From: the human T2T-CHM13v2.0 reference genome, Homo sapiens
Assembly: GCF_009914755.1 (NCBI RefSeq)
Contig: NC_060935.1
DNA length: 64,000 nucleotides
Strand: one strand, 5' to 3'
The notes beneath the pieces were generated by a model. It did no database searches. It saw only the letters and a list, made by a program, of their open reading frames with translations, and was not told the origin of the DNA. Each line of letters starts with the position of its first letter. Position 1 is the first letter of the stretch. Made by a program: the position numbers and the translations under genes. Below are positions 63,161-64,000 of the stretch, in pieces.

Positions 63161-64000
63161 TAAAAATGCAACAGCAACAGCAGAGACTCTGTCTAGTCTC
63201 TGAGGGGTCGGGAGAGGCAATCAATAGTTACCCCTCCACGGCCTCCACTCCAGCGCCTATGCACATTTTTCCTTTCTGCCTTGGGGAGCCACAGGAGGAC
63301 TGGAGAGCTTTGCTGCTGCGTACCGGCAGGAACCCTGAAGCCAGCTGAGTGGGTGGGGCAGGGTGGGGGTTTGTAGTCAGTCTCCTCTTTATCCACCCCT
63401 CCTTCCTGGTCCTGGGCTGCATCTCTCCAAGTGACCAGCAGAGGGGCCTTCATTAACAAATACACTTTAAAACCATTCTGTCCAGAGGTGACAGACCGTC
63501 ATGGTGGGCAAGGGAGGCACAGTGGAAGAGAGACCTGGGATGGTGGAAGCAGAACTGGTCAGTTCCAATATCCCCCCAGTCGAATTCCTTTCCAGCTCCC
63601 ACAGGACCCTGTTAACCCTCCTTTTTTTCCATAGGCCCACAAAGCTGCTTAACAACTGCTTCTCCCACAAATCCCTGCCCACAGCAGCCTGTGTCTGTTA
63701 GATTAGCTCCTGGCACTAAGCTGAGATGGGAATTTTCTGCTTCTGCCTTGCTCCTCTTAAGCCAGTTATCATCAACCCTTACATGTCTGGGCCTAGGGAA
63801 ACATGCCCTGGATGGAGGCTCTGTCCTGATGGTGGGGGTGAGGAGATCTGGGGTGGGAGTTGGGAGAATCCTAGAGAAAGGGGAGAATCCGTCTCAGGGA
63901 ATGGGAGGAGGTCTGTTTGGAGGAATAGGGGAGGATCCACCTGGACGTTGAGGGAAAGTCTGGTGAGAAATAGAGGGTTTGTTCTGGGGATGGGAGGTCT

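Overview
Human-type, Alu-dense genomic DNA recognisable as the 11q23.3 gene cluster. In order: the last codons and 3'UTR of VPS11 (+); complete HMBS (+, 361 aa, housekeeping and erythroid promoters); intronless H2AX (-, 143 aa, with both stem-loop and poly(A) 3' ends); DPAGT1 (-, 408 aa); C2CD2L/TMEM24 (+, 706/707 aa); HINFP (+, 517 aa); then about 10 kb of repeat-rich intergenic DNA. All exon chains were traced by hand through GT-AG junctions and sum to intact ORFs. Most entries in the ORF track are Alu or GC-rich antisense artefacts. No new protein-coding system is evident. The most interesting unexplained structures are small and regulatory: (1) an 87-nt copy of the C2CD2L poly(A)-signal cassette pasted into an L1 fragment 1.4 kb downstream; (2) a U12-type intron in HMBS whose 5' splice site is tandemly duplicated; (3) one overlapping two-strand poly(A) hexamer between convergent HMBS and H2AX; (4) a 24-nt poly(A)-tailed, TSD-flanked micro-insertion in HMBS; (5) orphan sequence trapped between an Alu tail and its TSD inside a nested LTR/MITE/Alu stack. 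Repeat boundaries and subfamily names are by eye and approximate.
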